Assembly (NCBI GenBank): GCA_964514965.1
Contig: CAZETV010000001.1
Location: forward strand, 603,063-635,062
Source: Candidatus Hadarchaeota archaeon
GTDB taxonomy: Archaea; Hadarchaeota; Hadarchaeia; Hadarchaeales; Hadarchaeaceae
Reading direction: 5' to 3'
Length of the DNA: 32,000 nucleotides
Part shown: piece by piece, positions 28,124-32,000 of the stretch
How the letters are laid out: every line of letters starts with the position of its first letter
Position numbering within the stretch: the first letter of the stretch is position 1
Notes under the pieces: model-generated
Database searches by the model: none
Told to the model about the DNA's origin: nothing
What the model saw: the letters and a program-made list of their open reading frames with translations, nothing else
Made by a program: the position numbers and the translations under genes

Positions 28124-28816
28124 ATGGTACGGGTTGAGGATGCAGTTATCGCTAAGATGTCAAGTCATGGCACGGCTTTTGAAGTACTTGTCGACTCCGA
28201 GTTAGCCCTTGCTTTAAGAACAGGAGAAGAGGTGGACATGCATAACATGCTTGCAATCGACAAAATTTTTAAGGACTCCAAGAAGGGCGAGGCAGCCTCC
28301 GAGGAAATGATGCAGAAGGTATTCGGCACGCTCGATGTGTTTAAAATTGCTGAACAAATAATCCGAAAGGGCGAGGTTCAAGTGACCACCGAGCAGCGTC
28401 GAAAGATGCGCGAGCAACGGTGGCGACAGGTCGTGACTCTCATCTCGAAGCGGGCGATAAACCCCCAGACGGGTCTGCCCCATCCACCCGCGCGAATTGA
28501 GGGCGCACTAACTGAGGCCAAGGTACACGTCGACGAATCCAAGAGCGCTGAGGAACAACTCCCCGATATTGTAAAGGTGCTACTGCCAATTATCCCCTTA
28601 AAGTTCGAGACGCGAAGAATTGCAGTCAAAATTCCCGCAAGCTACACTGGCAAGGCCAACAGAGTGGTAAGGAACTTCGCTACTGTCAAGCAGGAACAGT
28701 GGTTAAATGATGGTTCTTGGGCCGTGGTCGTGGAAATCCCTGCTGGCATCCAAGGGGAGTTCTTCGAAACGCTTAACAATTTGACCCGAGGCGAAGTAGA
28801 AACGAAGGTGTTGTGA
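28124..28816 (+). CDS. sdo1: Ribosome maturation protein SDO1 (SBDS family)
   Basis: FEVLVDSELALALRTGE, VFKDSKKGEAASEEMMQKVFGT, QRRKMREQRWRQVVTLISKRAINPQTGLPHPPARIEGAL. Confidence 0.95.
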   Translation: MVRVEDAVIAKMSSHGTAFEVLVDSELALALRTGEEVDMHNMLAIDKIFKDSKKGEAASEEMMQKVFGTLDVFKIAEQIIRKGEVQVTTEQRRKMREQRWRQVVTLISKRAINPQTGLPHPPARIEGALTEAKVHVDESKSAEEQLPDIVKVLLPIIPLKFETRRIAVKIPASYTGKANRVVRNFATVKQEQWLNDGSWAVVVEIPAGIQGEFFETLNNLTRGEVETKVL

Positions 28817-29509
28817 ATGCTTCACGTTCAAAATCGCGAACTGGTAGTGCCCGGGCAGCTAATCGCCGAGGGAAGCTACCAAGTTTACGAAGGCGCGTTT
28901 CTAGAGGACAAACATGTCTATGCATCGGTTGTGGGTCTCGCGGATGTGCGCGGGCAAAATATCCGAATCATCCCACTACAGGGGCGCTACATCCCGAAGG
29001 TAGGCGATGTGGTGATAGGGGTAGTTGTGGATTCCCACTACTCGGGCTGGATTCTCGACATAAACTCACCTTACACTGGAAATCTTTTTGTTTCAGATTT
29101 ACTGCGGCGAAAGGTTGACCTAGTTCGTGAGGATATCAGTCAATACTTAAGAATGGGGGATGTGGTGGTCGCAGGAATCAAAGATGTAAACGAGCGCATG
29201 CGGGTCCAGCTTGAGGCAGGCGAACCTGGGATGGGCCGGGTTGAAGAAGGCAAATTGGTTGAGATTTCGCCTATGAAAATCCCCCGTGTTATCGGACGAA
29301 AGGGCTCGATGCTCAAAACCCTTGAGAATGTCGGCGAGTGCAGGATCAAAGTCGGACAGAACGGACGGATAATGATTTTGGGAAAGAATCCGCGTATGGC
29401 CAACATCGTCATCGAGGCCCTACTCATGATCGAGCGCGAGGCGCACACTTCCGGCTTGACCGATAGGGTGCACCTTATGCTTGAAAAAATAAAATCAGGA
29501 GGGGAATGA
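28817..29509 (+). CDS. rrp4: Exosome complex RNA-binding protein Rrp4
   Basis: VVPGQLIAEGSYQVYEG..., PLQGRYIPKVGDVVIGVV, S1 domain, KH-like VIGRKGSMLKTLE. Confidence 0.95.
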   Translation: MLHVQNRELVVPGQLIAEGSYQVYEGAFLEDKHVYASVVGLADVRGQNIRIIPLQGRYIPKVGDVVIGVVVDSHYSGWILDINSPYTGNLFVSDLLRRKVDLVREDISQYLRMGDVVVAGIKDVNERMRVQLEAGEPGMGRVEEGKLVEISPMKIPRVIGRKGSMLKTLENVGECRIKVGQNGRIMILGKNPRMANIVIEALLMIEREAHTSGLTDRVHLMLEKIKSGGE

Positions 29510-30232
29510 ATGGAAGAACATAAAAAACTCATTGTGGACGGCAAACGGCTTGATGGTCGCGCGCCGGATGAGTTAAGACCTTTGAAGATAGAGGCGGGCA
29601 TTTTGGAAAGAGCTGACGGTTCGGCTTATGTTGAGCTCGGAGCTAACAAGGTGCTCGCGGCAGTTTACGGGCCGCGGGAAATGCACCCACGCCACCACCA
29701 GCAGCCTGACACGGCGGTACTACGATGCCGCTACAACATGGCCCCGTTCTCAGTAGATGAGCGAAAGCGTCCCGGGCCCGATAGACGCTCGATAGAGATA
29801 TCGAAGGTGACACGAGAGGCTCTTGAGCCAGTAGTTTTCTTGAAACTCTACCCGAGATCGGTCATCGATATTTTTATCGAGATTCTGCAGGCTGGTGCTG
29901 GGACGCGCACCGCAGGCATAACCGCTGCAGCTGTTGCACTGGCTGATGCCGGCGTTCCGATGCGAGACATGGTTTCATCGATCGCGGTCGGAAAGGTGGA
30001 CGATACAATAGTACTTGACCTGACTAAGACAGAGGACCAAGAGGGAACTACTGACATGCCGATAGCAATGATCCCCAGGAAAAAGATGATTACACTACTG
30101 CAGATGGACGGCAACTTTACCGGAGAAGAGTTCAAACAAGCCCTGAACCTCGCATTTAAGGGATGTGAGCAGATATACGAAGCACAGCGGCAAGCGCTAA
30201 GAGACAAGTATGCAATAAAAAAGGAGGAATAA
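29510..30232 (+). CDS. rrp41: Exosome 3'-5' exoribonuclease Rrp41 (RNase PH family)
   Basis: [64 protein letters not shown]. Confidence 0.95.
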   Translation: MEEHKKLIVDGKRLDGRAPDELRPLKIEAGILERADGSAYVELGANKVLAAVYGPREMHPRHHQQPDTAVLRCRYNMAPFSVDERKRPGPDRRSIEISKVTREALEPVVFLKLYPRSVIDIFIEILQAGAGTRTAGITAAAVALADAGVPMRDMVSSIAVGKVDDTIVLDLTKTEDQEGTTDMPIAMIPRKKMITLLQMDGNFTGEEFKQALNLAFKGCEQIYEAQRQALRDKYAIKKEE

Positions 30233-30235
30233 AGC

Positions 30236-31006
30236 ATGGAAATGTACGGTATAGTTTCGAGCGTAAAGCGTGATTACATCGCCGACCTCGCACGCCAAGA
30301 CAAGCGTGTCGGCGCCCGGATGTTGGATCAGTTCCGGGAAGTATCGGTTGACTTTGGCCCAATCAAGAGTGCTCAAGGCTCAGCTCTCGTGAAGATTGGG
30401 AAGACACAGGTACTTGCTGGCGTCAAGTTGGAGCACGCTGAGCCATTTACCGACCGGCCGGATAGCGGGGTACTAATCGTCAACGCTGAGCTTTTGCCTT
30501 TAGCATCGCCCACCTTCGAGCCGGGGCGACCCGACGAAAATGCGATCGAGCTAGCTCGCGTGGTCGACCGAGGCGTACGTGAGTCGGAGGCAATCGATTT
30601 AGAAAAGCTGGCAATAAAATCTGGCGAGGACGTGTGGGCAGTATTCATCGATATTTACGCCCTCGACCACGACGGAAACTTGATAGATGCCTCGGCGCTT
30701 GCGGCAATCGCAGCGCTCCTGAATGTAAAGCTGCCTGAAGACGAGGCGTGGACGCTACCTGAGTTCCCGCTACAGGAAAAGCCCGTAGCGGTGACCATAG
30801 CGAAAATAAACGGCAAGTTGATGGTTGACCCGTGTCTGGACGAGGAAAGTGTGATGGACGCGCGAATAACCATAGCGACGATCGAGGATGGCAGCATATG
30901 CGCGATGCAGAAGGGTGGCATCGGGTATTTCTCGCGGGAGGAGCTAGAGCAGGCCTACGAGCTGGCCCTGGCGAAGGCAACAGAACTTCGAGCAAAATTG
31001 GGGTGA
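30236..31006 (+). CDS. rrp42: Exosome non-catalytic RNase PH-like subunit Rrp42
   Basis: FREVSVDFGPIKSAQGSALVKIGKTQVLAGVKLE, ARVVDRGVRESEAID, follows rrp41. Confidence 0.95.
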   Translation: MEMYGIVSSVKRDYIADLARQDKRVGARMLDQFREVSVDFGPIKSAQGSALVKIGKTQVLAGVKLEHAEPFTDRPDSGVLIVNAELLPLASPTFEPGRPDENAIELARVVDRGVRESEAIDLEKLAIKSGEDVWAVFIDIYALDHDGNLIDASALAAIAALLNVKLPEDEAWTLPEFPLQEKPVAVTIAKINGKLMVDPCLDEESVMDARITIATIEDGSICAMQKGGIGYFSREELEQAYELALAKATELRAKLG

Positions 31007-31010
31007 ACTT

Positions 31011-31277
31011 GTGCCTCATAAGAAGAAAATAGGCTCCATGGGCAAGTTCGGTCCGCGCTATGGAACAAAGATTCGAAAGCTCGCCCTAACGATAGATCAA
31101 AAGCTACAGCAGCGCTACAAATGTCCGAGCTGTGGAGGGCTAAAAGTCAAACGCATTAGCACTTCGATTTGGCAGTGCGGACGTTGCGGGGTGAAGTTTG
31201 CTGGCGCGGCCTACTCATTCTCAGCTCTGGCGCCCCCTACCGAAATGAAAAATTCTAGTGGGGTGGAGGAGAGTTAA
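31011..31277 (+). CDS. rpl37ae: Ribosomal protein L37Ae
   Basis: GSMGKFGPRYGTKIRK, CPSCGG..VKR.....WQCGRCGVKFAGAAY zinc ribbon. Confidence 0.95.
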   Translation: MPHKKKIGSMGKFGPRYGTKIRKLALTIDQKLQQRYKCPSCGGLKVKRISTSIWQCGRCGVKFAGAAYSFSALAPPTEMKNSSGVEES

Positions 31278-31409
31278 GTGTTAAAGTGCGGTAATTGTGG
31301 AATACTAATTGAGAAACTTCCCGAGGGGCGCGTACGCTGTCCTCAGTGTGGATCCCGCATACTGCATAAACCTCGCCAGGAGATTGTCCGTAAAATCAAG
31401 GCGAGGTAA
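31278..31409 (+). CDS. rpoP: DNA-directed RNA polymerase subunit P (RpoP/Rpb12-like); missing from the supplied ORF track
   Basis: 43 codons: (V/M)LKCGNCGILIEKLPEGRVRCPQCGSRILHKPRQEIVRKIKAR*; CxxC...CxxC zinc ribbon, GTG start, immediately after rpl37ae. Confidence 0.93.
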   Translation: MLKCGNCGILIEKLPEGRVRCPQCGSRILHKPRQEIVRKIKAR

Positions 31410-31940
31410 ATGCTGATTTCCACTTCTAGGAAATCAACACAATGTACGAGAATTTTATGCCGGGAACTCGCGCGGGTTCTCCCTGACGCGAAATATGTGC
31501 CGCGTGGGACGAAAACAATAAACAAAATAGCCTCACTTGCAGCCTCACTCGGCTATAATCGTGTGATGGTTGTAAGCAATCTCGGCGGGGGACCGATAGA
31601 ATTAAGATTTTTGGATGTGGGCAATGGCTGGCGATGGCTTGACGCATGGGTCGAGCTGGGCGAGGTCAAGCTCCAGCGAGATCTCGGGCAGAAAATCAAA
31701 CTAGAGAAGGTGAAGGTCTATGCCGAAGAACAAAAGGCGCGAAATCTTGCAAATTTTCTTGGTGAGTTATTGGGCCTAACTGTTTCAAGTGAACTGCCAA
31801 ATACCGGTGCTGTTGTCTTGATAACTTCCAACAACCAGCTTAGGCTCCAGTTACAGTTAAGGCCGAGTCCCGAGGTAATAGGACCGGTGCTGCAAATTAT
31901 GAGTTTTGGGAGATCACGTGGTAAAGACGAAACAAGCTAG
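31410..31940 (+). CDS. Brix-domain/Imp4-like ribosome biogenesis protein
   Basis: MLISTSRKSTQCTRILCRELARVLPDAKYVPRGTKTI...LAASLGYNRVMVVSNLGGGPIELRFLDV. Confidence 0.88.
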   Translation: MLISTSRKSTQCTRILCRELARVLPDAKYVPRGTKTINKIASLAASLGYNRVMVVSNLGGGPIELRFLDVGNGWRWLDAWVELGEVKLQRDLGQKIKLEKVKVYAEEQKARNLANFLGELLGLTVSSELPNTGAVVLITSNNQLRLQLQLRPSPEVIGPVLQIMSFGRSRGKDETS

Positions 31941-32000
31941 CGCAACGGTCGAGTTCACCTTCCGAACCTCGCGCGAAGCAGGAGCAGTACAAAAGGCGCT
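31918..32000 (+). CDS. N-terminal part of a second Pcc1-like protein (3' truncated by window)
   Basis: GTG start overlapping the Brix gene end: (V/M)VKTKQASATVEFTFRTSREAGAVQKA...; Pcc1-like opening and the expected superoperon position. Confidence 0.6.
   Translation, partial: MVKTKQASATVEFTFRTSREAGAVQKA

Noticed and set aside
29140-31032. Long antisense/alternate-frame ORFs over the exosome genes (29140..29601 -, 29848..30237 -, 30645..31019 -, 30832..31032 +)
   Set aside because: They overlap strongly supported Rrp4/Rrp41/Rrp42 genes, show low-complexity Ser/Arg/Pro-rich translations and no recognisable family.

Overview
This is an archaeal chromosomal window; the lineage is not assignable from sequence alone. 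Most of it is informational and housekeeping genes.

Housekeeping content, left to right: TRAM-domain protein tail, Kae1, COG1325-type exosome-associated RNA-binding protein, L15e, a short SerA-like dehydrogenase, a B12-binding radical SAM protein, a YchF-like GTPase, a DUF2095-like protein, a GlmU-like nucleotidyltransferase with GlmM, S3Ae, SerRS, a Pcc1-like protein and a RecJ-like DHH protein. A phosphate transporter with a DUF47/PhoU-like protein follows, then dCTP deaminase and a WrbA-like flavoprotein. Further right are NrdD, a small ORF and NrdG, S15, an RdgB/HAM1 NTPase, and Bud32. The right end is the classic archaeal proteasome/exosome superoperon: Pop5, PsmA, SDO1, Rrp4, Rrp41, Rrp42, L37Ae, RpoP (absent from the supplied ORF track), Brix, and the start of a second Pcc1-like ORF.

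The accessory part is roughly 14.9-21.2 kb and is AT-rich. It holds a MarR-type regulator with a MATE exporter, an HExxH + AN1-like zinc finger + TM protein, and a compact three-gene minus-strand cassette (HEPN/DUF4145-like, TM-HEPN-like, PD-(D/E)XK-like).

The strongest new-looking signals are: (1) two identical-geometry palindromes GTTAC-N7-GTAAC flanking a shared TATA-like element between nrdG and a divergent winged-helix/YwgA-like gene; (2) two inverted repeats exactly 20 bp apart in the marR-MATE promoter; (3) the uncharacterised three-gene cassette; (4) the metalloprotease-like/AN1/TM fusion; (5) a conserved-looking small Cys-containing ORF translationally coupled inside the nrdG-nrdD operon. 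I did not find a CRISPR array, rRNA or a convincing tRNA. All family assignments come from reading motifs, not from database searches.
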